A stretch of 64,000 nt of DNA from Octopus vulgaris (taxonomy: Eukaryota). The stretch is taken from assembly GCA_951406725.2 (NCBI GenBank), contig OX597830.1, forward strand, positions 11,656,001-11,720,000, in the 5' to 3' direction. A program made the position numbers and the translations under genes. Each line of letters begins with the position of its first letter. The stretch's first letter is position 1. Positions 1 to 10,623 of the stretch are shown here, one piece after another. The notes below the pieces were generated by a model. The model was not told the DNA's origin. It ran no database searches and saw nothing but the letters and a program-made list of their open reading frames with translations.

Positions 1-37
1 TGTTCAATAGTTAATCAATTATCATTTCATTGCAAAT

Positions 38-97
38 TTATCCCCACGCAGCTGTTTTGCAATAATGCAGCACCAATTTACCATCACTGCCATAACA
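38..97 (-). CDS. ATG12: ATG12 exon 4 ([19 protein letters not shown])
   Basis: C-terminal AWG* with the conjugating glycine; ttttttccag acceptor; TAA at 38-40. Spliced CDS is 375 nt = 124 aa + stop. Confidence 0.97.
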   Translation of the reverse strand, partial: CYGSDGKLVLHYCKTAAWG

Positions 98-159
98 CTG
101 GAAAAAAAATGACAAAATATACCAATTAGAATTCATATATGAAATCAAAATCGTAATCT

Positions 160-637
160 ATCAACATCAATGGAATTTGTAGCTGTGATACCAGTGCCGG
201 TGGAATGTAAGAGAACCATCCGAACGTGGCAGTAGCCAGCGCCGCCTGACTGGCCTCCGTGCCGGTGGCATGTAAAAAGCATCATCCGATCGTGTCCGTT
301 TGTCAGCCTCGTCTGGCACCTGTGCTGGTGGCACGTAAAAAGCACCATCCGATCGTGGCCGTAGCCAGTGCCGCCCGACTGGCCTCCGTGCCGGTGGCAC
401 GTAAAAGGCACCATCCGATCGTGGCCGTTTGCCAGCCTCATCTGGCACCTGTGCTGGTGGCACGTAAAGAGCACCCACTACACTCACGGAGTGGTTGGTG
501 TTAGGAAGGGCATCCAGCTGTAGAAACACTGCCAGATCAGACTGGGCCTGGTGCAGCCTTCTGGCTTCCCAGACCCCAGTCGAACAGCCCAACCCATGCC
601 AGCATGGAAAGCGGACGTAAAATGATGATGATGATGA
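160..637 (+). mobile_element. 3' part of an RTE-type LINE/SINE with internal ~60-bp tandem modules and (GAT)n tail
   Basis: Alternating GTGCCGGTGGCACGTAAAAAGCACCATCCGATCGTGGCCG modules, then the GGAAGGGCATCCAGCTGTAGAAAC domain and gatgatgat. The same tail ends the RT-encoding element at 3300-5155. Confidence 0.8.
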
Positions 638-917
638 TATATATATGTATGTATGTATGCAAAAGACAGTTGTGCATAAATACATGTATGACAAGGTTAC
701 AGAAAAAAATAGAAAAATGTGAAAAACAAAAATCTTAAAGGGCATAAGACTTCAAATAACAATCAATCTCAATACACAACATGCAAACAAAAAGGTCCCT
801 GCTGTAACTTAGAGGTTTGGCAATAAAGACCAATAGAATAAGTACTAAACTTAAAACAGATAAGTGCTAGGGTTGATTCATTCAAGGTAGTGCCCCAGAT
901 ACAAGAATAATATATGC

Positions 918-1192
918 AGGCATGGCTGCATGGTTAGGAAGCTTGTTTTCCAACCAGGTCGTTTCAGGTTCAGTACCAATGCATGCCACCTTGGGCAAGA
1001 GTCTTCTACAATAACCGAATACATAAAAAGCACCCACTACACTCATGGAGTGGTTGGCGTTAGGAAGAGCATCCAGCCATAGAAACTCTGCCAGATCAGA
1101 CTGGAGCCTGGTGCAGCCTTCTGGCTTCCCAGACCCCAGTTGCACTGTCCAACCCATGCCAGCATGGAAAGCGGACGTTAAACGATGATGAT
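918..1192 (+). mobile_element. SINE-A head fragment fused to an RTE-type tail
   Basis: tRNA-like head (ggcatggctgcatggttagg...ccttgggcaag) followed directly by the ...gcatccagcc...(gat)n tail. Confidence 0.7.
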
Positions 1193-1454
1193 TTATTGTC
1201 TCTAACTATAAAATGAAACAATTTACTATCCACAGCAGGGTCTGATGTTTTAACCTGCCATGAAATGTTCTGAAGTGTAGTCTGTTCATTATGTTACAAC
1301 GCATTTATGTTTATGGGTGTATAAATTCATAAGTATATTTATTTATTTATATATGTGTGATGGATGATGTAGTGTCACTTATGTACCAAACAGAGATTAC
1401 AAAACAGCTGTAAACTAATAGAATAAGCATCAATTCTTTCACTTCACTTCTCAT

Positions 1455-2245
1455 TGGCTGTGTGGTAAGTAGCTTGTTTACCAACCACATGGTTCCAGGT
1501 TGAGTCCCACTGCGTGGGACCTTGGGCAAGTGTCTTCTACTACAACCTCAGGCCAACCAAAGCCTTGTGAGTGGATTTGGTAGACGGAAACTGAAAGAAG
1601 CCCATCGTATATCTCTCTATATATAAACGGCAGTTTGTCTGTGTGTGTTTCTGTGTGTCTGTTAGGTTGTACCCTCACACTGACCACGGCTTTCAACCGA
1701 TTCTGATGAAACTTGACACACACATAGCCCAATGTCATAATTCAAAACTAACGCAGCGAAAATTTTGAAAAGTTCCCCCAGTTCTGAAAAAAAATTGATA
1801 AATTCGACATGGGGTCGAGAATCACAAACACAAACCACAGACGCAACTCGACCTTTTTAACTAAAAAAAAAATTTACCATCATTTTTTTCCCATTTTTTG
1901 GCTATAACTCTCTAAAAATGCTTTATAGTTATTTCCCTTACAAACCCGAGCAACGCCGGGCGATACTGCTAGTATATATATATATATATATATATAATGT
2001 GTGTGTGTGTGCGTGTATGTTTGTGCGTCTGTGTTTGTCCCATCCAACATCGCTTGACAACCGATGGTGTGTTTATGTCCCCGTCACTTAGCAGTTCGGC
2101 TAAAAGAGACCGATAGAATAAGTACTGGGCTTACAAAGAATAAGTCCCGGGGTCGAGTTGCTCGATTAAAGGCGGTGCTTCAGCATGGCCGCAGTCAAGT
2201 GACTGAAACAAGCAAAAGAGTCAAAAAAAAAAAAAAAAAAAAGAG
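1455..2245 (+). mobile_element. tRNA-derived SINE family A, interrupted by a Helitron-like insert
   Basis: Head GGCTGTGTGGTAAG...GGTTCAGTCCC with A/B-box-like motifs, central (TA)/(TG) microsatellite, tail ...GACTGAAACAAGTAAAAGAG; ~20 copies in the window. Confidence 0.9.
1612..1972 (+). mobile_element. Non-autonomous Helitron
   Basis: 5' TC (tctctctatatataaacggca), 3' hairpin cccgagcaacgccggg then CTAG; inserted between A and T with no TSD. Confidence 0.8.
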
Positions 2246-2510
2246 TATATCTGGTCAATTTTTATACATACTCTTCACCATTGCAATTCCTGGATTTTGA
2301 GAACAGTGGTGTGGCTATATCCTAGCCATAACTATGTCATTTCTTGATAGTCATGTACCGGATGGGGAGCTTACTGTGAGCTCTGTTTGATTTTTGAATC
2401 CCAATTCTTAAATAGATGTGAGTGTGTGTGTGTATAATTATGTATGTATACACACAAACATGTATATAATCCAAGTAAGAAAACAAAGAAAGAGTTTAGT
2501 ACATCTTTAA

Positions 2511-2730
2511 CCCTTTAGCGTCCAGATTACTCTGTCAAATGTAATGCTTTTTCATTCACATTGTTTTGAATTAATCCTGCATTATCTTGTTTCTCTGAGA
2601 ATTTGATGATGTGATGGTTTATTTTGAGGATGGCATTGTAGGATATGAGTGAGAAGCCAGATCTAGATGGTTTGGACATAAAAGAAGTAGAAAATTTGGG
2701 CCGGATATGGCCGGTTTAAATGCTAAAGGG
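2511..2730. mobile_element. piggyBac-like MITE
   Basis: TTAA on both sides; TIR CCCTTTAGC...GCTAAAGGG. Related copies at 38444-38663 and 45954-46165. Confidence 0.85.
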
Positions 2731-2932
2731 TTAATGACCAGTTGGTACTGCTCCTTTATTAACAACACTGCATGCAAAAGTCCCATATAAAAAGTTATAT
2801 AATATTTCTTGTTTTATACATTAATGTGGCACTTGCATCAAAAAGGTGTCCTCTGACGTTGCCACTGTCATCCATCATATGTTATTAGAAGAAGAAATAA
2901 AGGGTGTGGTAGGCTAACAAGAAAACCACTGC

Positions 2933-3285
2933 ATCATCATCATCATCATTGTTCGACCGTGGTCGAGACAATGGAATTTACCATGCTACGCCAGACTTCA
3001 CGGTCCATCATGGCATTACGGAGGTCCTGTTGCTGGATGCCTGTATCCCTGGAGATTACATCAGGGTAGGAGAGTGTGCGCCCTCTGGTATTGCGAGTAG
3101 ATGGCTTCCAGAGGAGAAGAGTAGAAATTGCCTCGTTTCCAGCTCTACAACAATGTCCAGCAAACTGGACTCTCCTACCTTTCACAAGAGATGACACAGG
3201 TGGTAGTTTCCCATATATTTGCATTTTGGTTGGATGGCGCTTCCACGAGAGATTTTGAGCTCTCATAAGGAGGCGAGTGTATCAC
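2933..3285 (-). mobile_element. 5'-truncated RTE-clade LINE 3' end
   Basis: ORF with RRVQFAGHCCR...DREVWR; the stop runs directly into a (TGA)n tail. Confidence 0.8.
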
Positions 3286-3299
3286 CAACAACAAAGTAG

Positions 3300-5155
3300 A
3301 CAATAATCAAGTAAGAATCAAAGAAGGAGAGTCTGCCTAATGTAGACCCAACTGAGGGACCAGCTATCCAAATCGACAGCACTTGGTAGATAAAGCAATT
3401 AAGGATATGAAGACAGGGAAAACACACGACCCATCAGATGTTTAAAATATTAATTATTTTTTACACAGAAATAATTACAACGATACCAAATTGCTGGACC
3501 AGGTCATGAAAGTTACAGAGAGAGTTATAACTCAAATAATTAAGAAGAGAGTTAACCTGGATGAAATGCAATTTGGTTTTGTGCCAAGGAAATGCATTAC
3601 TAATGCTATCTTCTTGGCAAGGCAACTGCAGGAGAAATATTTAACCTCTGTATTTGGCTTTTGCAGGCCTGAAGAAAGCCTTTTGGTAGAGTCCTGTGCT
3701 CCCTTAATTGGTAGTGAGTGCAGAAGCTAGGGATAGGTGAGTGGTTGGTGAGAGCTGTACAAACCATGTACAAGGATGCTGTTAGTAAGGTGAAGGTTGG
3801 CAATGAATTTAGTGAACAAGAAGGATTTCACCAAGGATTGATTCTCAGCCCCTTCTTGTTTATCAGTCCTCCAGGCCATAACAGGAATTTAAGACTGGTT
3901 GCCCTTGGGAGCTCCTCTATGCTGATGACCTTGTTCTTATTGCTGAATCACTACCAGAACTAGAGAAGAAATTTCAGGCATGGAAATGAGGTCTGGAATT
4001 GAAGGACCTTAGAGTTAATTTAGCAAAGACCAAAGTCCTAGTAAGTGGGAAAACAGACAAATTTCAAATCCCTTCAGGGAGATGATATCCTACACAATAT
4101 GGAGGAAAGGTGTTGGTAGAAACTCCATACAATGTACTCAGCTATGGACTCAAAGGGTGCAGTGGTATCACAGGAAGGTTAACAAAATAATCTTTGTGTG
4201 TGGTAGATGTGCAGGTACAATAAAAGTTAGGAATGTACAGAGAATAGACTTCCTCAAGTGTCTGGGAGGATCCTTAGAAGTAGCAGATAGCTTCTGTTAT
4301 CTAGGCAACCAAGTTAGCATTAGAGGAGGAAGTTATGAAAGCTTGGCTGCTAGAATAAGAACAGGGTGGGCCAAGTTCAGAGATCTGCTATCTTTGTTGG
4401 TAACAAAAGGCCTTTCCATAAGAGTGAAAGGCAGATTGTATGATGCCCGTGTGTATACAGCTATGCTGCATGGTAGCGAAACACGGGCTATGACTAGAGA
4501 GGACATGCAAAGGCTTGAAAAAAGGTGAAGCCAGTATATTCCTCTGGATGAGTAATGTCAGTGTGCATGTACGACAGAGTGTAATTGAGTTAAGAGAGAA
4601 ATTGGGTATAAGAGGCAAATGTGCAAGAGAGAAGATTGTGCTGGTATGATCATGCGATGCATATGGATGCAGACAGTTGCATAAAGAAGTGCTGATTTGT
4701 AATTGTGGAGGAAATTTGTGGAAGAGGTAAAGCAAAGAAGACGTGGGATGAAGTGGTGAAAAAGGATCTTCAGGTGTTGAGGCTCATAGAGATGACAAGG
4801 GATTGAAACTTCTGGTGGTTTGTTGTGCTTGAGGAAACCTGTCAAGCTAAGTAAATCTGTGGCTGTCCATACACACATGTATGTCCTCTATGTCTCTCTG
4901 TTTTAGCTGAGATGTCCTCTGCTTTGAGGGCTTACAAGTGCTGGTGCCATGTAAATGCTTCTGTACTGGTGCCATGTAAAAGCGCCCAGTACACCCTGTG
5001 AAATGGTTGGCATTAAGAAGTGCATCCAGCTGTAGAAACAATGCCAAAACAGACAACCGGCCCCTGGGCAGCTCTGCAGCTGGTTGGTTCCAGTCAAACT
5101 GTCCAATCCATGCCAGCACGGAAAATAGACATGAAATGTTGATGATGATTGATGA
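3300..5155 (+). mobile_element. Degenerate RTE-clade LINE (RT, PHD-like insert, 3'UTR)
   Basis: QFGFVP...AIFLARQLQEKY, LLYADDL, FCYLG, LHGSET motifs with frameshifts; the 3'UTR ends in the shared GCATCCAGCTGTAGAAAC/(gat)n tail. Confidence 0.9.
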
Positions 5156-5565
5156 AGTGGAAAGCACTTGAGTCTGCCTTGAGCAAAGAAATAAACAGTG
5201 CTGTGATACAATGTTTCATCCTTTTTGTTTTTTTAGATGTTATGGTGTAGTTTAAGGAAGACTGGGCTGCTATTTCTAGCAGGTCAAGAGACAACATAAA
5301 TATTTCACATGTGCTGATTTCCATGTCATAAACAATAATAATAGACACTTTCAATTAGCTAAAATTACATAACTTTAAATGCTTGTAACTTCCTAATTGC
5401 TAGGAAAAAAATGAATCCATTTTTCATCATTAGCAAGGAAAATTACTTTAGTAATACATTTTGTTAAAAAATAATCTGGTAAAAATTTGAAAAACTTCAA
5501 GTTACTGGAAGATATTTAATGTGATCCAAATGCAATATATCATGCAAACACATACAATCTGTATG

Positions 5566-5725
5566 GAGTGGCTGTGTGGTAAGTAGCTTGCTAACCAACC
5601 ACATGGTTCCGGGTTCAGTTCCACTGCATTGCACTTAGGGCAAGTGTCTTCTGCTATAGCCCTGGGCCGACCAATGCCTTGTGAGTGGATTTGATAGACG
5701 GAAACTGAAAGAAGCCCGTTGTATA

Positions 5726-5780
<55 letters not shown>

Positions 5781-5985
5781 TTGTGTGTCTGTGTTTGTCC
5801 ACCTAGCTTGACAACCGATGCTGGTGTGTTTACGTCCCCGTCACTTAGCGGTTCGGCAAAGGAAACCAATAGAATAAGTACTGGGCTTACAAAGAATAAG
5901 TCCTGGGGTCGATTTGCTCGACTAAAGGCGGTGCTCCAGCATGGCCGCAGTCAAATGACTGAAACAAGTAAAAGAGTAAAGAGTA
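5566..5985 (+). mobile_element. SINE family A
   Basis: Full head, microsatellite and tail. Confidence 0.9.
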
Positions 5986-6236
5986 ATTGTTTGTTTGTAG
6001 AAATTTTCATTTTGTGTAAGTTTATTTGTGTGTGTGTGTGTGTGTGTGTGTGCATGCACATATTAACACATAGACTCAACATATTATTGCTCATTATCTT
6101 ATCAATCTTGGGATAAACGGAATCTATGAATTACATAATCTGACTAACTATATCTAGTATAAACTCTATTTATCCATGCTGGATATATGAGAGATAAATT
6201 GTAGAAATAGGAAAGCAAGAAAACTATGTAACTTAC

Positions 6237-6299
6237 ATCAAACAATATGCCAACAGATGTGTCTAGAGAGGGTGCAAATGACTGCCTCACATACAGGAA
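6237..6299 (-). CDS. ATG12: ATG12 exon 3 (FLYVRQSFAPSLDTSVGILFD)
   Basis: Matches FIYVNQSFAPSPDQEVG motif; ttttgacag acceptor and gtaagt donor; 63 bp, phase 0/0. Confidence 0.96.
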
Positions 6300-6409
6300 C
6301 TGTCAAAACAAACCAAAAGAAATAACATTAATCAACAAATATTGGTGAAACAAGATTCCACATACAGCTATTTGTCCTTCCTACAGTTAGTTTATAACAC
6401 AGTTACTAA

Positions 6410-6770
6410 TCTCTCTATATATAAACGGCAAAATGTGTGTGTGTGTCCTTTATACAAATCCACAATTTTCCAGTTAAAGGGCTCGCACTTTCTATGGTCA
6501 TTCAAAACCGTCCAAGGGTGGTCGTGCACATCTTTACATTTCCCCAGTCACCCCGTAAAGCCATTAAAAAAAATCAATAGAAGTGACTTTTTTTGTGAAT
6601 TTTCTATCCAAAACCCAATCAGAATGCCCGAAACTTGATACGCCAATTGAATGCCAGCTAGCTGTATGTGATTGGTCGGAGATTTGGACAGTACTCATGT
6701 GTATGTGCGCACGCAGCTGTAAATGCATGCACTAGCACTATGACCCAGCGTTGCCGGGTCATAGTGCTAG
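6410..6770 (+). mobile_element. Non-autonomous Helitron (second subfamily)
   Basis: Same 5' end tctctctatatataaacggca as 1612; 3' hairpin plus CTAG; A|T insertion site. Confidence 0.8.
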
Positions 6771-7077
6771 TATATAATATTTGGCTACCATCAGACCCAT
6801 TGCAATGGTCACATCCTGGAAGCAATAATACAGTCCGGTGTGACTGGAATCCAATTCTATGACACAGTATTGCACTCTAAAACTAATTCATATTACATAA
6901 AAATTTGTGTGAGACATCAACTAAACAAAATATGTTTCAGGAGGAATTCTCAACAAAATAATATCTAAAAACATACAAACCCCTGAATTGACTCCTATTT
7001 ATCATGGGAAAATGGCCTTTTCCCACACTAATTCAAAAGTCCTCTAAATCCAAAAGATGTAAGGGCACATTAATTTA

Positions 7078-7488
7078 GGATATTTTCGGTTTGAACGGCA
7101 GTTTTTTCTAGCAGTGTCATATGAAATTGTCACCCATAATTGTGACCCTAGTATCGATCTATTGCATTTCAATCTGTTTTAGGGTTAGGGGTGGGTTGAA
7201 GGGTATCTTTTTTTCTTCACAAATGTAAATAAACCCAATCTGTTTCTTGAACGAGGGACATATTCATACGGCACAGAATGTTATTTTACCTCAATAGACG
7301 TCACTGATTGGTTGAAACTGCAGAAATTGAAGAAAAAAACAACAAATATCTTCCAAAGTATAGAATTTTCTCAATAAAGCCAAGAGAAAAAGATGTTTTA
7401 TAAACACATTCTACCAGTATACGAAGTTTAAAATTTTTTAGTTACCTAGAAATTATGTTAAAAACTGCCGTTCAAACAGAAAAGATCC
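7078..7488. mobile_element. MITE family M1 (GGATC termini, 8-bp TSD; Merlin-like)
   Basis: ~28-bp TIR GGATCTTTTCGGTTTGAACGGCAGTTTT; TSD ttaattta. Confidence 0.88.
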
Positions 7489-8018
7489 TTAATTTACTCA
7501 TACTTTTACAAATTTTAGATATTTTGTATACAAACTGCAGGATCCTGTGGGATATTGTTCCTGCTATTAACATCTCAACTGACATGCATGTTGAAACAAG
7601 CAGATATAATCTGTAGACTTAGAGAACACTGCCTCTCCAAATTTGAAATATTTTTCTCCCCATCACAACTAAACATACTTTTGTTGTGTTCTTCAGAAGA
7701 CACAAAGGCTTTGAACTGAAGACCATTGGGTGGAATAAACATAGGTGATTAATGTACTTGAGACAATCCACTGAGATGTTGGGGTTTTAGCCTTTCAACT
7801 GCACAGTGAAACGGACCTATCAACTGTTAAGATTAGATACTGCAGTGTAGGGATAGCATTGCAAATTGAGAAGTGGCTTGTTAGCTTGCAGTGTTGTGGG
7901 TTGGGAGCATGGACTGCTCTGACTGTTACAAACTATGTAACATAATAACCCAGTGACATCAACTACGTGGTGGATATTTTTCATTACCATGAAGGACATA
8001 GAATGAGTAATTACATAC

Positions 8019-8155
8019 CATAGAGTCGGCGGGATCACACTTGATATATTTCTTTATAAATTCACATATTGAGGCGACTTTCATACTCCGTTCGACAGCC
8101 CATCTCTTCTTCTTCATGATAGGAGCATCGCCAGCGGGTTTCAAAAGTACATCGA
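8019..8155 (-). CDS. ATG12: ATG12 exon 2 (VDVLLKPAGDAPIMKKKRWAVERSMKVASICEFIKKYIKCDPADSM)
   Basis: Matches the ATG12 ubiquitin-like fold N-half (human [23 protein letters not shown]); tatag acceptor and gtatgt donor; 137 bp. Confidence 0.96.
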
Positions 8156-8998
8156 CTATAGCATGGATTAATTGAATAGAAAAATAGATAAATGTGTGTG
8201 TGAGAGAAGGGGGGAGGGTAATGGAAAGAAACAGAAAATCATAATTAGGTAGACAGACAGGTATATAAATGCAGATAAATTATAAGTCATATAAATCGAC
8301 AGACAACGAGACACAACATCGTACAAACATAGAAGAAAAAAATACTAACGGAAAGATAGACAAATATACAAAAGTATACAAGGTGTACAGATATCGGTCG
8401 AGTAAAAAGATTAAAAGCGTAAAACAAAACAAAAAAAAAAAAAACATAGACACACAGACAGACAAGTACTGAGTAAGATTGACATCTGAGTTATAACAAT
8501 TCCAGTGAAATAGTCCGAGTGGACCTATATATGAATGCCAAACATATTCCAATACATACAATGAGAGGGTGGTGGAAAGAAACAGTAACCTAGAAATTAT
8601 GTTAAAAACTGCCGTTCAAACAGAAAAGATCCTTAATTTACTCATACTTTTACAAAATTTAGATATTTTGTATATGAACTGCAGGATCCTATGGATCATA
8701 TTTGTCCATATTAAAATTTCCCGTAGCAGTGTTGAAGGAATCCTTCACTAATGGTTTATTTCTCTCACAGCACACCTTATCTAAATACATATACGAGGCA
8801 GTTTAATGCCTTGCAATATATAGAACGGTGTGGCATACTCATCATCTGGAAATCATTAGACATGTCTAAGCAGTATCGATCAAGAATCGATGCCTGGGTT
8901 ACATCGCATAAACTGAACGTCGAAGAGACATCGGGCTCCAGCAAGTCCATAAGACCTTATGTATTACTTAAGGGAATAAATAGTAATTAGCAGCTAAC

Positions 8999-9113
8999 CT
9001 TTAACTTTAGTCTGGTGTGAAGGACTCTGTGGAGGGGCGCCTGTGTCAGCCACTGCGTGGACAACAGGTGATGTGGTCGTCTCCAAGTTTTCAACAGTTT
9101 CACTTTCCGACAT
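8999..9113 (-). CDS. ATG12: ATG12 exon 1 (MSESETVENLETTTSPVVHAVADTGAPPQSPSHQTKVK, phase 1)
   Basis: ATG in acaaaATG context at 9113; 115 bp ending in G|GTTAGC donor; phase joins exon 2 in frame (G|TC = Val). Low-complexity N-terminus is as expected for ATG12. Confidence 0.85.
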
Positions 9114-9530
9114 TTTGTGTTGTCAGCTCAGCTTGTTTCCTTTTTAAAACCAACTATAGCAAAAATAATAACAATCAAAATACGATCATCAAATAAATAT
9201 TTCTTCGAGTAAATAATACCAATATTATTTTTTATATTTAATTATAATATGTTATACGTTTTTACCCGATATATATTTTTAGGAAATTATTTCGTTTACG
9301 AATATAAACATCCTAGCTTAGCTCGAATTTTTATGAACCGGAATTGTAAATATTTCCCAGATTTTGAGCAGCAAATTTAATTCTTGGGAATCGATATAAA
9401 AATTACAGGGGAAACCTCCGTAAGATCTCCGAAACCTCTATTAAAATCTTACTGTTTTTCGTAAATCATCCAAAATCTTTCATAAAGGTTCAGGAAACCT
9501 TGACTCTTTTTTCATTTCCGGGTCCCTGAA
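9114..9530 (-). promoter_or_regulatory. Presumed ATG12 5'UTR / proximal promoter
   Basis: Position only: repeat-free, relatively CpG-retaining sequence immediately upstream of the ATG. No specific motif claimed. Confidence 0.4.
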
Positions 9531-9548
9531 AATGAAACGATGCTTTGA

Positions 9549-9800
9549 GAATAATAATAATCATGAAATTATTGTATACAATGCTCAGGTGCCCCACAAC
9601 TTGTCAGAAAGTGCGTATAAAGTATATGCAGTGATGTCTGGAAAGCGAACAGTGTACGAGTCAGATACATGCTTGCGTGTGTATGAAGGGGAGAAGATCA
9701 GGTGTAGTGTTGGCGAATCTCACAGGAAGCATGGAAGTTTTGAAGGATGCACTGCTCCGACAACTAACAACTGATGCCGGCAGTAGGGAGACGTTCCGGA
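9549..9800 (-). mobile_element. CR1 LINE 3' end
   Basis: Reverse complement of the 3' end at 30450-30688 (LPASVVSCRS.ASFKTSM, ATT-repeat tail). Confidence 0.8.
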
Positions 9801-9944
9801 AAGCCGTTGCAGGAGGATCCACGAGGCAGAAGAAGGTCTTGTCAAACTTCCAAGTATTCTGATAGTCCATAGGTATCCAGCATAACGTTATTATTCCCAG
9901 TCACTCGGGTACTTCTAGGGCTCGGAGTTCGAGATGGAAAAATA

Positions 9945-10138
9945 TCTATTTCTCTACTACCCACAAGGGGACAAACAAGGTCATACAAAGGGATTAAGCC
10001 GATTACATCGACTCCAGTGCGTAACTGGTACCTATTTAATCGAACCCCAGTGCGTAACAGTTACTTATTTAATCGACCCCGAAAGGATGAAAGGCAAAGT
10101 CGACCTCGGCAGAATTTGAACCCAGAACGTAACGGCAG
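9945..10138 (-). mobile_element. SINE family B fragment (Nin-domain-like)
   Basis: GAGGTCGACTTTGCCTTTCATCCTTTCGGGGTCGAT core on the minus strand. Confidence 0.85.
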
Positions 10139-10340
10139 GCCGTTTTCACCAGAAAGCTTCAAACACAAGATCCACTTCAAACTGCATTGTCCTTATTTAC
10201 CAAAATTTGGATGAGTGGATACTCCTACGGTGAGTTTTATCTTTTGATTTGCCAAGAATAAGTTTACTGAGATTATAGTTTATGTGTTATTATTTAGTAG
10301 ACAAAATATTCCCCTAACGTAATTTCTTTCAGCGACTTTG

Positions 10341-10623
10341 GGTACTACTAGCGAAAAGTGGTCCCGGTGCGCGCACACGCGCAGTCGCGCATCCGAGCTA
10401 GCTAGTCGTAAGTAGTCGATCCCACAACGACTACTTAGCAAAGTAAATAAAACACAAAATAAATAATTTTTTTACACAAATTAAATAACTTTTGTTAAAC
10501 AAAGTAAATAAAACACAAAAACACAAAGTAAATAACTCAAAAACACAAAGGATCGACTAGTTATGACTAGCTGGCACGGGTACGCGAGGGCGCACACCGG
10601 GACCACTGTTCGCTAGTAGTACC
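10341..10623. mobile_element. MITE family M2 (GGTAC termini, 8-bp TSD; Merlin-like)
   Basis: Long imperfect TIR GGTACTACTAGCGAA.AGTGGTCCCGGTG; TSD cgactttg at 10333-10340 and 10624-10631. Confidence 0.88.

Noticed and set aside
8999-9113. Y-box/cold-shock protein start (…TKVKG)
   Set aside because: The segment splices in frame to unambiguous ATG12 exons.
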